Below, piece by piece: positions 43,560 through 56,350 of a stretch of DNA of 64,000 bases. The notes beneath the pieces are model-generated. The model made no database searches. It had not been told where the DNA came from and saw nothing but the letters and a program-made list of their open reading frames with translations. Position 1 is the first letter of the stretch. The number at the start of each line of letters is the position of its first letter. The position numbers and the translations under genes are program-made. This stretch comes from Vicugna vicugna (lineage: Eukaryota), in contig MU058540.1 in the NCBI GenBank assembly GCA_013265495.1, forward strand, positions 457,696 to 521,695, written 5' to 3'.

Positions 43560-44500
43560 TCAGACAAATCCCGTTCTTCCAGCCTCATCTGACCTGCACA
43601 AAATAGAGGGGCACTGCCCTCCCTCTATTGTCCACCCAGCTTGATTTTCACAGGCTGAGTCTGCAGTGCTGGCAACCCTGCCACATTGATGCTTCATTTG
43701 TTAGCTTCCCATAAAAACCCAAGTCCCCTACATGTGTTGTTGTTAAACTGTGTACCCCCTTATCCTGTGCTTATGAAGTCAAGTTTTAGACCTTCAGGCA
43801 GAATACAGATCTCTATTATTTTTCATACTGATTCAGTCCACCATTCCAAGCTGCTAAGTTATTTTTGGACCCCGATTCTGTCATCCAGAGCTTTGGCTGT
43901 CCCAGTTTTTTGCCACCTGAAACTTTGATAAATATGTCATCCGTTACCATGTCCAAGTTACTGGTAAGAATGTGAAATATGAGAAGACTCAGGCCAGAGC
44001 CCTGGACCATATCCCTGGAGCTCTCTTTCAGGCAGATATTGATTAATTAATGATAACATTTCACCAAGAGTTACTGAGAGCATCTAAATGCCTGAGCCTG
44101 AGCTAAGTGCTGGAAATAAAAAGGTGGCAAAAGAAGTAAGTTCTACACCCTCAGAGGGTTCATATCCTAGAGGAGGAGACAGATGCAATAAAATATGACA
44201 TAAATTATGACACACTTGTTCAGTGCTTTTGTTTTTACAAAGAACCCCCTCACAAACTATCTCTTTTGAGCCCTGTTGGGATAGGCAGTCAACTGGGAAT
44301 AAATTGATTTAACCACGAGCCATCCCAGATTTCCCACATTATCTTTAGGGCTATTAGGAAATTAGATGCTTTGCTGAAATTCAGGTGCACCGTATCTACA
44401 GTCCTACTGGAAGTATCTCCAACAGGATAGAGATCAATCTGGCAGGAGTTGTTCCTCGTGAATGCATGCGGTTCCCCTTTATAACTGCTTATTAATTGTT
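43560..44500 (-). mobile_element. CR1/L3 LINE RT remnants (with an L2/MIR piece inserted)
   Basis: Minus ORF ...NSCQIDL...TVDTVHLNFSKA resembles CR1 RT SC.TNL...VDV.YLDFSKAFD. Confidence 0.6.
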
Positions 44501-45339
44501 TGTTCATAATCTACTGCCAGTTTCATTTGTGGCACTTCCTCAAAGGTCTCTGAGGCAAGTTCTCTCACTATGCTGGGATGCAATTCATCAGGACCAGGAG
44601 ATTCAAGATGACCTTACAGTCCTCACTGTTTATCTGAGGAGGGTATTTACCCTTCAGGTCAGCAATTCAGGGGAGCCTGACAAAGACTTCTTCAGGGTCC
44701 AATCCACTCTCTCCAATGCTGGGAGGTGGTAATGCAATGTTTCTCCATCTGGAGAGTCCTGTCCCATGAATGAATTATGAAATGCATTTAGTAGGTTGTC
44801 ACCAGCATTTCCTCTTAAATAAAACAATGAATAGAACAGAAAAGATCAGAGAGTACTGTAGGTAGTAAGAGTAACTGTTTTATGAAATTTTCCTTTCAGT
44901 TATATGTTACACCTATGTGCTCTGGACTAAGATTTAAAACAAATCTCTTACTGTGGGTCTTAGTCAAAAAAAGTTTGAAAGCTACTCGCATAGTGATTAA
45001 ATCGGTCCTCGAGTCAGCTAGAACTGGGTTCAGCGATGGGACTTTGGGCAAGTTACTCAACCTAAGAGAATTTCCTCATCGATAAAACAAGATTGTAACA
45101 CCTATCTCCTTGGGTTGTTAAATGACATAATGAGTGCAAATTGCTTAGTTCAGCGCCCAGAATGTAATGTGTTTAGAAGATGCTTTAAAGATACGCACAC
45201 ATGGCCTTGTTTCCTTCTCATTCCCAGCGCTATTAATTTCACTTCCTACTTTCTATTTTCGGCAGTTTGGAGAAGCAAGTCTGTGGCTTTCTAGCAATCC
45301 TAGATTTTATGGATATTACCTCTCTCATCTCAGTGGGTT

Positions 45340-45850
45340 TCAGGGCTCATAAACCTGCTTCTCTCGCGGCTCCATGCCGGCGTTGCCTGCAGTTTGGGGG
45401 AGGATCTGCACGCCCCAGCCCACCTTCTGCCATCAGAGATTCACTCCCTGGGCCCTTTCGGTTATGGGAGTGGGGTGGGGATTTTTTAATTTTAAAAGTA
45501 GGCGCTCTTCTTCCTTTTCCTCTGAGGGAAGGAAACCCTCCCCCTGCCTGTCCTCCCAGCGTTGTAAGATCTCTCGCGTCCCCTCGCAGGTTTGAGTTGC
45601 TTCTTTCCTCTCCCTGAACCTCTGCTCCTTGGCCGTGGGGCCGAGGTGCGCTCAGCCCACCGCCCCGCCTCATTCCGGCGCCGCCCTCACAGGGTGTGCT
45701 GGAGCCATCTGCACACCCGAGTTTCGGGGCGACCTGGCTGTAACCCCTCTTTGGGCCGGTGTCCAAGGGGCGGGGAAGGCCAACTGCGCAACCCACCTCC
45801 TCCCAGGAGCCTGGTTGGCTACTTTATGGCCACGTGAAAGCAAGGCAGGC
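45340..45850. promoter_or_regulatory. Orphan CpG-rich, GC-box-containing island
   Basis: Local CpG enrichment in a CpG-poor region; ccgccccgcc ~45660, ggggcgggg ~45767, E-box cacgtg ~45831. Confidence 0.6.
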
Positions 45851-48539
45851 CTCACTCAATCAATCCTCATTCAATCATGCAGTCACTGCTGAGGGTATCA
45901 AGGTGACTAAGCATTGATCCCCGCTTTCAAAAATCTCATTCCAGTCCTATGTCTTTAATGCCACCCCTAAAAAATTATGTATCAAGCAGCAGGTGTGGGT
46001 GGGGGACCTCTAAAAAGTTTCTAACAGTGGAAATTATCTATCTTAACAATAAAATTTAAAATAAAATATAAGAGTTTATAAGTAAGGAACAGGATCAAAG
46101 AAATTTAAAGGATGAAGCAAAGTTCACTTTTAAAAAAGACTTCCCACTTCAAGGATTTTCTTCTTAAATTGTCTATAAAACAGGAACCATCCTCGCTTTT
46201 ATTCTCAGATTACATATTTGGTGTCATGTGTTGAGATGGCAGCAGGATACTGGAGCATCACTTCTAGGCCATGCTGAACACAGCATCACACCAACAAAAT
46301 GCTGAGTTATAAAGAAGTCCACACCTGGAAACAGGTCCCTGAGTGACTGTGGGACACTCCCCACTCTCTACAACTAGCAAATAAACATCACTTAGAAAAC
46401 ACTGTGCATTTGGCACACCAGTAGGCAATGAAAGGCATACTTCTAAAACAGTCCAAGATTATACACCCCTTTCAGCAATCCCATTAGAACTAGGCTTTAG
46501 TCTTTAAAAATGGCTATTTGAGTAGCTAAAAACTATTTTTCTACAACCTTTCTTTAGCGAGAATAGGTTATAAAATTTTTTAAAAATCTGTGCTTTGCAA
46601 ACCACGTGGACTTTGTGTGTCAAAATTAAATTCCAGAAGAAACTGATGTTATAGAAAGGTCAGCTGAACAGAGCCCTAATCCTGAAAATATTACAGTTGA
46701 ATGCCTGGTCCATCTTATCTGTAGTGAGATGCCTGGGTGTAAGCACTCTCTCAGAAATCTATGTAAAACAAGTAGAAATGTTTGCTTCCATCATATGTTT
46801 GAAGTACATCTGACCAATGGGAGAAGGGAATGAGATGGAGGGGCTTGTGCTGGTGTTGGAGGTGACACACTGCCAGCCCTTGCAGCAGTTCTTCAACTAG
46901 GGTTGGCTGAAAGAGACAGAAGGAAAAACTGGGGAGAGAGGTGACTCAAAGGAAAAACTTCAATTTGGCATTCCTCAGTCTAGGAATAAGGACAGGGAAG
47001 GGGAAGAGCTGGGAGGTGGCAAACAATTGCTGTGGTGACAATAGAGGCCAGTGACACCAACCTATAGAAGGAGGGTTGCATGTAGTCAGTCCTTAGTGAT
47101 TGCAGGAGAGGGCCAGCCATCCTCCCTCTGCATGCCTCCCCTGACTCCCTCCCACCCCACCCAGGTGCTGTGCAGGGGACAGAGCTCACAGAACAGCTCC
47201 TGCAGCTGGCAGGTGGCAGTGGCAGTGGCAGTGGTCCTCCTGGACATCACATAGCAACTGCTCAGAACAAAGCCCTCTCCAAGGAAGATGCAGGAGACAG
47301 CTGATTATTTCTCCCTACCCTTTCCTCCAGCTCATCCCTTCACTGTGTTAGGATGCTGGCCAATCCCTGCCATCGTGCAGCTACCCTCATAGCCTGATGA
47401 TGGACATTGAACAAGTGAGTAGAAAGAATACAGGACCCAACTTATTTAGGGGTGTGTCTCAGAAAACCTTTTTGAAAAAGTTATGTTTCAACTAAAACTT
47501 GAAATACATCCTCCCCCACAAACCATCTTCCTCCAGGTGCTATCCCTTTCCAGTGAGTCATTTCATCCTGGCACCACCATCTTTTTCTACATATCAAACC
47601 TGGCCTCCTCTGGCCAAGGCCCCTTCCTAAGACCTTCTGTTCTCTTGTATTTTTATTATTATTTTTTTAACTGAAGTATAGTCAGTTTACAGTGTGTTAA
47701 TTTCTGGTGTGCAGCATAGTGATTCAGTTAACTTCTTTTCGTATTCTTTTTCATTATAGGCTATTACAAGATATTGAATATAGTTAGTTCCCTGTGCTAT
47801 ACAGTAGGACCTTGTTGTTTAATTCTGTTCTCTTTTGCTCAAGGCTGAGAATACCTCAACCTACCATTCCCCAAATTTATGTCCCAGTCTAAGAAATCCT
47901 ATACAAAAGAGCTGGGGTGGGCTTTTGCCACCAGAGATCTGGGCACTAGCTTTAGCGCCAAGCCTCCTGCATGTAAGACTGCCTCTTTCTCCTGGAAGCT
48001 GGGGAAATGGGTTTACATATGTTAGGACAAGTTTCTTGTGGCTGCAGGGAGGACATGCAATTTTGTGCATAGCTGCCTCTGTACCAAAGGTAGCCCGGTT
48101 TCTGCAAACCTTCAGTGTAGCCTGCAGGGCTTCCAGAGGTGCCCACAGGAACTCGGGCCACTGTGTTCTTTTCTACCTCCCGCCCATCTGCCTTGGCAAT
48201 GCTACCCCCACCCCCCAGGCAAGCTCGTGTGTCTTCCAGGCATCTAGAGACCTGACGCCCACTGCAGCGGCTGATTCCAGAAAGGCCATGGCTGTGTAAC
48301 AGGAATACTGTGATACAACTCCTTCCCCACCTCCTCCAACTCCTCCTTCTGAGAACGTGTGTGTGGGGGCGCTGCATCCGACACGGAGAGTTGGGTAGAA
48401 CAGGATCCTCGCTTTCATCAGGCAAGTGTGACTCAGTGTTACCCTCGAGCTCTACACATGCCTGCCGTCTGCACTCCCTCTGCCCCCGTTCTCTCCAGAA
48501 CTGGCTCGCATGCTTCATTACCATTCCTCCACCGACACC

Positions 48540-48910
48540 TGTAGTGAGTGGGCTGAATGGTGCCCCACAAAATATATGTCCACATTCTAACCCCTGGAAC
48601 TTATGAATGTTAACTCATTTGGAAGAGAGGTATTTGTAGATATAATTAAGAATCTAGAGATGAGATCATCCTGGATTATCGGGTGTCCTTAAATTCAATG
48701 ACAAGTGGCCTAAGAGACACATGAGGAGACACAGACAGAACAGCAGAGTGGAGGGCCTTGTGAAGATGGAAAAAAGAAAGGAGTTCGACAGCCACAATCC
48801 AAGGTATATCTGGAGCCACCAGGTGCTGGAAGAGGCAAAGCGTTATCCCCTAGAGCCCTTGGAACGAGCCCAGCCTGCTGGCACCTTGATGTTGGACATC
48901 TGGCCTCTCC
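48540..48910 (+). mobile_element. MLT1 LTR abutting the end of the ZNF array
   Basis: tgtagtg...gctgaatggtgcccc...gagatgagatcatcctggattatc...gtgaagatgg...ccctgctggcaccttgat. Confidence 0.8.
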
Positions 48911-50138
48911 CCAGAGTGGAGTCTTTGATGATTAATGAGGTCGGTACCCCACGTAAAGGCCTTCCCACGTCTGTACCCCAGGCTCCTCTCCCAAGTGGAC
49001 ACTTTGATGGGCCGTGAGATTCCAGTTTTTAGCTGACGGCTTTCCCACACCTCTGTCATTCTTAGGGCTCCTTTGAAGCATAAATACTCTGATGGGCGAC
49101 GACGTGGGGCTGATCCCTGAAGGCCTTTCTGCATTCGCCGCACGTCTGGGGCTTTCCCCCAGAGTGGAAGCTCGGAAGAACCAAGCGCTGGGAGCTCTTG
49201 CACTCGTGCGGCTTCTCTCCGGTGTGAACTCTGCAGTGTGCAGAGCTTAGTGGAATACACATGACAGCTCTTCCACACTTGCTGTCTGCATATGGCCTGC
49301 TTGGGTTGTGAACTCTGGTGTGTAATGAGGCGTGACCTGTCTCTGAAATCTTTCCTGCATTCTTTACATTCTATACAGCTTTTCTCCAGTGTGGACTATG
49401 TGACCAACAGCACAAGCGGCCTCCTGAGAAAAGGCCTCTCCGCACTCCTTACAGACATACTCCTTCCATCGCGTGTGCTCACTGACAGGAGAAAGGGCCT
49501 CAGTGTCTCAGAAGGTTCTTCCACCGTGTGACACCTGTGGCGCTCTCTCTGTTATGAAGCACTGATGAGCAGCTTAAGTGGCTGATTCTCATGCTTCCTC
49601 CGCCCTCTCTGCACTCAGACTCTCACCAGTGGTGGAAGCTGGGAACCAGGGCTAAAGGCTTTGCCACACTGCTCACATTCATAGGCCTTCCCTCTGAAGG
49701 GGACAGTCACAGACTAGATGCAAAGAATTTACCACACTCGCTGCAGCTGTGGGGTTTCCCTCTGGCGTGAGCACACTGGTGTGTGAGAACATTTGTTTCT
49801 CAATGCTTTCTCACACTCCTTCGCTCTGTAAGACTCTCTGCCAGTGGAAGTCCTCTGGGCTGTAGGAACGGGTGACAGCAAATCTCTCTCCAGTGTGGAT
49901 TTTCTGACAGGCACCTAGCTGCGACTTCCTAGTGGATCCCTTACTGCACGCACTACACTTGAAGGATCCTTTCTTCTAAGACCTGTTGTGGTGTCTTGGG
50001 ATCCACAAGATTCTAGAAAATTAGATCTCTGAAGGCCAGCCTTTGGGAGTTCTTCCAGTGCCTTCCCTCCACACTTCCTGTCCTCAGAAACACCCTGCTT
50101 TAGAGTCGATCCCACCTTCCTGGTTCTGCTCTCACCAT
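48905..50138 (-). pseudogene. Decayed C2H2 zinc-finger array exon of a KRAB-ZNF pseudogene
   Basis: Acceptor gtcag|ATGGTGAG at 50138; remnants HTGEKPHEC, GGKPQTCGECRKAFRDQPHVVAHQSIY, GKAFTWGTDLINHQRLHSGERP, KECEKAL spread over several frames with stops. Confidence 0.85.
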
Positions 50139-50753
50139 CTGACAAGTAACACAACATGACTTGATTTCCATTCTGAGCAAAATCAACCTGAGAAGAACAG
50201 AATAAAGTACAACAAAGAGAAAATGATAACATCCAGGGCTTATCTTCACAATCCTTAATAGTAAGGGCAGGGAATGGGGCCAAGATGAAAACCTCCGAGA
50301 GCCAGCAGGCAAAGAGTGAACTGGTGATATGTGAAGAATAAGAGGATGGGAACAAAGGACAGGACAAAACACCTGTGGAGTAAACAAGGAAGGTAGCAGA
50401 TGTGTAAAAATGCAGTCAACCCCCAGCAGGAAAGGGGCGAGAAAACAAAGCAGCAGGTAAAGGGAAGTGACTGAGGGCCAGAGGGCCTTGGCATCCTCAC
50501 CACATGCAGACTGACCAGGCGGAGCCACGCGTCAGGATGCCATCCTCTGTGCAGGTGGCTAACCCGGAGGAGAAGAACATACAGTGAGGTGTTGGTGTGG
50601 AGGTCTCCATCAGACTCCCACATGGTGGCTTTGACCAAGAGAAGATGAGGACTCATCTGAATCAGTGCTCTGCCTGGGGCTCTTCAACACTGTAAATGGC
50701 ACAAGGGAAGGAGCTGCAACAAGGAGGGGGGCTAATGGACTCCCCCCACTCGC

Positions 50754-50857
50754 CTATGAGTGAAATCTTCTGACCTCAGCTGCCTGCAGATGTGGTACCC
50801 ATGATGCTTTCCCTTGTTCCAGGAGCATGATCAGATTAGGTTGGAAAAAATGAAATT
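50754..50857 (-). pseudogene. KRAB-B exon remnant
   Basis: aacag| FHFFQPNLIMLLEQGKASWVPHLQ (consensus KPDLIS.LEQG.EPW); in-frame TAG; donor reads gcgagt. Confidence 0.8.
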
Positions 50858-51285
50858 CTGTTCATAGCATGGAAAACAAGAAGGAGAGATAAAGATAATG
50901 GACCAAAGTCAGTCTTAGTCCTTTTGTCAGCAGGAACCAGGCATGGCTGGGGACACAACTGGAGAGCTTGCTGGGAGGAGCAAACAGGCAGGTAACTATC
51001 TCAAGACAGAAGTAAAACTCTCATGGGCAGGGTCTTCAACACAAAGGCAGATTACCTGGGTGCTGGGGAGGCAAGGGACTTACAGCACAGGAGACCTGCC
51101 CATTTCCAGAGAGGGAAATATCAGAACCCAACATTAATGGGTTCTGAAATAGCCTGCTTCTCATCAGGAGGGACCATATGGCTTGCAAGGATTCAGAAAC
51201 TAAAACCAACTAAACAAAAACCTTTAGGCCACATCGCTAACATGCGGGTGGCAGCAATGACTCGGTTAGCAAGGGACCTGGAACA

Positions 51286-51408
51286 GAGTCAGATCATGTT
51301 CCCCACATTCTCCATCACAATCTAGTGGAGATTCCTCTCGGTGGGGTCAGTGCCCTTCCCTACTAGTGAAAGACGTGGCCATAGCCTCAGACATCATCAA
51401 AGATGATC
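51286..51408 (-). pseudogene. KRAB-A exon remnant
   Basis: tttcag| SLMMSEAMATSFTSREGH* then DPTERNLH*IVMENVGNMI*L versus consensus [38 protein letters not shown]; frameshifts and stops. Confidence 0.82.
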
Positions 51409-51609
51409 CTGAAACACAAGATTGCTGCTGCGCCAGAGGAATAGTCCCTGAGGGGCACAACTAGACTCAGCAGGGTAAGGGGGGGAGTCTTGTGTTTATG
51501 TCTGATGAGCAAGAAGAGCTATGGAGCAAGAGGCTGAGGGTCAAGTCTAGGGAGACTCTTCCAGCAGGGAAGGGGATGGTCAGGTCTGTGATCAGCAAAT
51601 GTCCCAGCA

Positions 51610-52633
51610 AAGGAAGTGCAAGGGAAAAGTTCTATTTTCCTCCTCTACTCTCAATATTTCTGGTTGCCAAGTGTGTGTGTAGGGGGTTGTGGAGAGTGGA
51701 GAGTAGGAGGGAGGAAGGTGTTCCTACATCAAGCAATTCTCAGACACCAGTTGTGTGTCCCACAATTTACCTCAATACTGACACTATCTACATGGAGAGT
51801 GTCAGATCCCACAGGTCAAAGGCTCAGTCCCAGAAGACTGCCCCCACTTCTGAGACCAGTCTCAAGTCCAGGTTGTCTGTCACCTGCTTCTGACTAACCA
51901 GAATGTCCCCAACCCCCTCCAGGTGTGATTAATTTGCTAGAGTGGTTCTCAGAACTCAGGAGAACAGTGTACTTACTATGGCCAGTTTATGACAAAGGAT
52001 ATTGAGGGATACGAATAAACAGCCAGATGAAGAGATACACAGGCAGGGGAAGGTCTAGCTCAGTGGTGGGGGGAGGATATAGCTCAGCGGTAGAGCACAT
52101 GCTTAGCATGCATGAGGTTGTGGGTTCAATCCCCAGTACCTCTGTTATAAATAAATAAATACCTAATAACCCCCCAATTTTTAATTTTAAATTTTTAATT
52201 TAAAAAATTAAAAAAAAAAAAGAGAGAGAGATACCTAAGCAGAGCACACAAGTTTCTGTCTTGTGTGGACTTAGGCTGTGCCACCCTCATGGCGAATGGG
52301 CAGTGTCTTGTTCACCATCTCGGAAGAGCTCATCAAATCTTCCTGTCCAAGAGCTTAAAATCCAGCACCACCCCCTTTCCAAAGGTCAGCAGGTGGTGCT
52401 GAAAGCACCAATATTTCAATTACTTGGTCTTTCCAGTGTCCAGCCCCATCCTGAGGCTATCTAACCTGCCCCCAACCCGCCCTAAGTCACCTTATTAGCA
52501 TAAACTCCAGTGTGCTCAAATGGGGCTTCTTAGGACTAACAAAAGACACTCCTATCACTCAGGAAATGCCAGGGTTTTTAGGAGCTCTGCGCCAGGAACT
52601 GGGGACAAAGACCAAATATATTTATTATACCAC
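51610..52633. mobile_element. MER21-like LTR in pseudogene intron
   Basis: caagcaattctc...gacactatctac...gtcagatcccacagg...gctcagtccc...gactgcccccacttc; end ggagctctgcgccaggaactggggacaaagaccaaatata. Confidence 0.7.
52046..52222 (+). mobile_element. tRNA-Ala-derived SINE with a duplicated 5' head, nested in the LTR
   Basis: ggggaaggtctagctcagtggt followed by a full head ggggggaggatatagctcagcggtagagcacatg...; imperfect TSD agagatac...gcag. Confidence 0.82.
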
Positions 52634-52706
52634 AGGAAGGAATGCAGACCTTGTTTGAATGGCAAGGCAAGGTCTTGGGAAGGAAGCAGATAGAAGCAAG
52701 GCTTAC

Positions 52707-52790
52707 CAGACCTAGGGCAGCAGCTGCCATGACGGGCTCATGGCTTTCCTCTGCAGAGGGCAGATACTTTAGGGTCACTACTGACAGAGG
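52707..52790 (-). pseudogene. Putative ATG exon of the KRAB-ZNF pseudogene (MAAAALGL)
   Basis: Strong acceptor (ttttttttcctatcc...ctccag|) and donor CTG|gtaagc; gtcATGg at 52730; phase 0, as is typical for exons preceding KRAB-A. Confidence 0.65.
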
Positions 52791-53729
52791 CTGGAGCAAC
52801 AATTTGAGTTAGGATAGGAAAAAAAGGCAGTCCCCCTGCTCCGCAACCTGACCAACTCCCATGACCAGGGAGGGACCACACACACAAGGCAGGAATATTT
52901 ACAAAGTGAGGAGTATGCACAGCCCTGCAGTTCTGGTCCGGCACCCAAATCCACTTCAGAAACCAGACTGTATGGGTAATAACATATCTGATGTCTCTCA
53001 AGTGGGAGAATAAAGCAGGTAGGCTTCACTCTAAGAATTTAAAAATTCCACCTATACATGACCATTTTAACTTGGGCTGCTAAACAAGTAAACAACTAAA
53101 AGTATCATAAATGATAAATCTCCACTGGCCAAATAGATATGGCATATCTACATAGTGAAGTGTCACATGCTATAAACAGAATAGAGTAGATCTGTATGGA
53201 AAGACCTGGAGATGTTTTCATGATGCAGTAAGTTGCTGAAGTGGAAAAACAAGGTTCAGCTTGATCCTTTAAAAAAAATATTCAATAATGGAAAAGAGTC
53301 TGAAAAAGAATACATATATAAACTGAATCACTTTGCGGTACACCTGAAACACTGTAAATCAACTATTCTTCAATTTAAAAAATAAAGAACATTTCCTCAA
53401 AAAATATATACATTCATATATAAAATCTGGAAAATTTATTCTAAACTCTTGAAGGAAAGGATTAAGAGAGGTATTTGCTTTCCTCACTTTTTTAACACAA
53501 AGAACTTGTACTACTTTTACAATAAAAACCCAAATTTTCTTTCAAAATTTTTTCTTACAGTAAAATATGAACATAAAATATATTTACTTTTTAAACAACA
53601 GCAAAGACTTATTTCTCATTCATTTTACACGAGGGCTGTGGTTGGCCATGGCTTTGCTCCATGGCATCCAGGCCAAAAGTACAATCTTAAACAAGACTGT
53701 CTCATGGCTGAGCCCAACCAGTAATCACT

Positions 53730-54690
53730 GTTTTTTTAAAAAGTTGTGGCAGAATATATTTAACATAAAATTTACCATTTTAATAATTTTTAAGTGTACA
53801 GTTTAGTGGCATTGGGTACATTCACACTGCTGTGGAGCCATCACCACCATCCATCTCTGTAGAAGTTTTTTCACCTTCCCGTACTGAACCTCCATACTCA
53901 TTAAACAGTAACTCCCCATCCCTCTTTCCTCCTAGCCCTGGCAACCACCATTCTACTTTCTGTCTCTAGAATTTGATTCCTCTAGGTACCTCATATAAGT
54001 AGAATCAAACAGTATTTTTCCTTTTGTGATTGTCTTATTTCATGAGCATAATGTCCTCAAGGTTCATCCATGTTGTAGCATGTGTCAGAATTTCCTTCAT
54101 TTTTGAGGCCAAATGATATTCCATTGTGTGTGTATGTGTGTGTGTGTGTGTATCCCCCACATTTTGTTTATCCAATCATCCATTGAATATCTGTGTTGCT
54201 TCCACCTCTTGGCCATTGTGAATAACGTTGCTATAAACGTGGGCATGCAGATACCTACTGGAGCCCCCATTTTCAATTTTTTTGTGTATATACCAAGAAG
54301 TGGAGTTGCTGGATCATATGGTAGTTCAATGTTTAATTTTTCTGAGAAACTGCCATACCATTTTCCATAGCAGATGCACCATTTTACATTCTCACCAGCA
54401 ATGCATGGGGTTCCAATTTCTCCAAAGCCTCACCAGCACTTGTTATTTTCTGCTTTTTTCATAATAGCCATCCTAATGGGTGTGAAGTGGTTATCTCATG
54501 TGTTTTTTTCTCTCATTGTGGTTTTGATTTGCATTCCCTTAATAATTAGTGATGTTGAGCTTCTTTTCATATGCTTATTAGTCATTTGCATATCTTCTTT
54601 CGGAGAAATGTCTATTCAAGTCCTTTGCCCATTTTTTAATGGAGTTTTTCTGTTGTTGAATTGTAGGAGTACTTTATATGTACTGGATAT
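53730..54690 (-). mobile_element. L1 (L1MA/MB-like) 3' portion
   Basis: aacataaaatttaccatttta...tttaagtgtacag...caccaccatccatct...ggcaaccaccattctactttctgtctct. Confidence 0.85.
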
Positions 54691-55254
54691 CTTTCAATTT
54701 TTAAAAACTTTCTAAAAAAGCTTTTTGCATGGAAAATTTCTAAGAGTCACAAAAGTAGAAAGAGCAAACTGCAGCCATAAACATTCTACCATTCTTGTTT
54801 CACCTACTGGATCTTGATGAACAAGAATGTCTCAAAAATATCTTTTACAGTTGGATCAGGATCTTGGAGAGTTTTTAGCTTTTTATTTTGAAATAATGAT
54901 AGATCTACAGGATCTCAGATATTCATATTTGGAATAAAAACAGCATCACAGGCTGAATATAAGCAAAACCAAGCAGGAGAGCTGCTCTCTCTCGGCCCCT
55001 CCCAAAGGCCACTTATTTCACAAATCAGAATGGGAAACTATAGTAGAGAAAATTTGTATCCAAAAATGACAAGGTCCATCACTTCATATATATATTACAA
55101 AGTTATTTTGGTTGCACTGAGAACATCCTCAGGAAAACATTTCCAGACAAAGTAGGCAGTGGAAATCATACTTTCTACCAAAAATGAACTGTAACTATTA
55201 ACAGGACAGATTTTTTTTTTAGAGTTTCCAATGTGATCTGAGTCACCTACCAAC

Positions 55255-55430
55255 ACCACTCTCCTATTTCCTACTAACAGAAACATGTATTCAGGGTGAC
55301 CAAGTGCTCAGCTAAAAAGACCACATCTCTCAGCCTCTCCTGCAGCCAGGACTGGTTACAATATCATGATACAGTTCTGGCCAATGAAATGAAAGCAGAA
55401 GTCACTGGACAGGGCTTGCAGGGAGCTCTT
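55255..55430. mobile_element. LTR16-like ERVL LTR fragment
   Basis: cagctaaaaagaccacatctctcagcctctcctgcagc...gttctggccaatgaaatgaaagcagaagtc. Confidence 0.55.
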
Positions 55431-56255
55431 AAAAGCCTTTGAAGTGTGATATTTTGTTAGAAATGCAGAATCCTGTGGTGAATTCCAGCTCTTCACCTGA
55501 AAACTATCTCCTTACCTGGCAGAAAGAAATCTCTTTAAACCACTGTGTGCTAGTAAATGAAGGTATGGATAAGGAGACCCTGACATGCATAACTGGAGCA
55601 TTGTCTTTGATGTAACCTGGAAATCTGCAATGTAGACAGTCTTATTCAAACGCATATTAACAGGCTATCACACAGCTTGCTGACCCCAGTTATTAAGGTC
55701 AAAGCCCCTTTTTTTAATTCTGTGATATAGTTCAATTTTCTACATACTTTCTTATAGGGAAAAGATGTGTGACCAAGTTGCAGAAATAGTCTTGTTTGCT
55801 TGCCAGATATATTTCTCATTGTAAATCTGCATGCCGGTTAACTATAACAGCTTGGAAGTTACATAAATGTCCAACAATAGGGAATCAGTTAAGAACAAAA
55901 TTCATTATACTGCATATATATAAGACTATGCAGGCATTAAAAAACATGACGTAAAAGAGTAGATACTGCCATGGGAAGATGTTCACAATTGAGGACATTT
56001 AAAAAATCAGGTTATAAAACAGATGTACCAAACGATCCCAGCTATGCTTAAAAATAAATACACTCGGGAAAAAAACCTGGCAGAACCTTACTAAACATGG
56101 GGTTATGTCTCAGGGTGCAGATGGAGATGATTTGCTTTATTTTGTAATTTTGTAAATTTATGTCTTTATTTTTCAGTATTTTCCAAATTTTCTGTAATGA
56201 ACAATAACTACTTAAAGAACCAGAAAATAACAATAATTTTAAAAAAATATGAATC

Positions 56256-56350
56256 GGGGGTGGGGGGGTGGGAATATCCCAGTGGTAGAGCACATGCTTA
56301 GCATGCCTGAGGGTCCTGGGTTCAATCCCAGTGCCTCCACTAAAAAAAGG
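56256..56350 (+). mobile_element. tRNA-Ala-derived SINE
   Basis: cagtggtagagcacatgcttagcatgcctgagggtcctgggttcaatcccagtgcctcca followed by an A tail. Confidence 0.85.
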
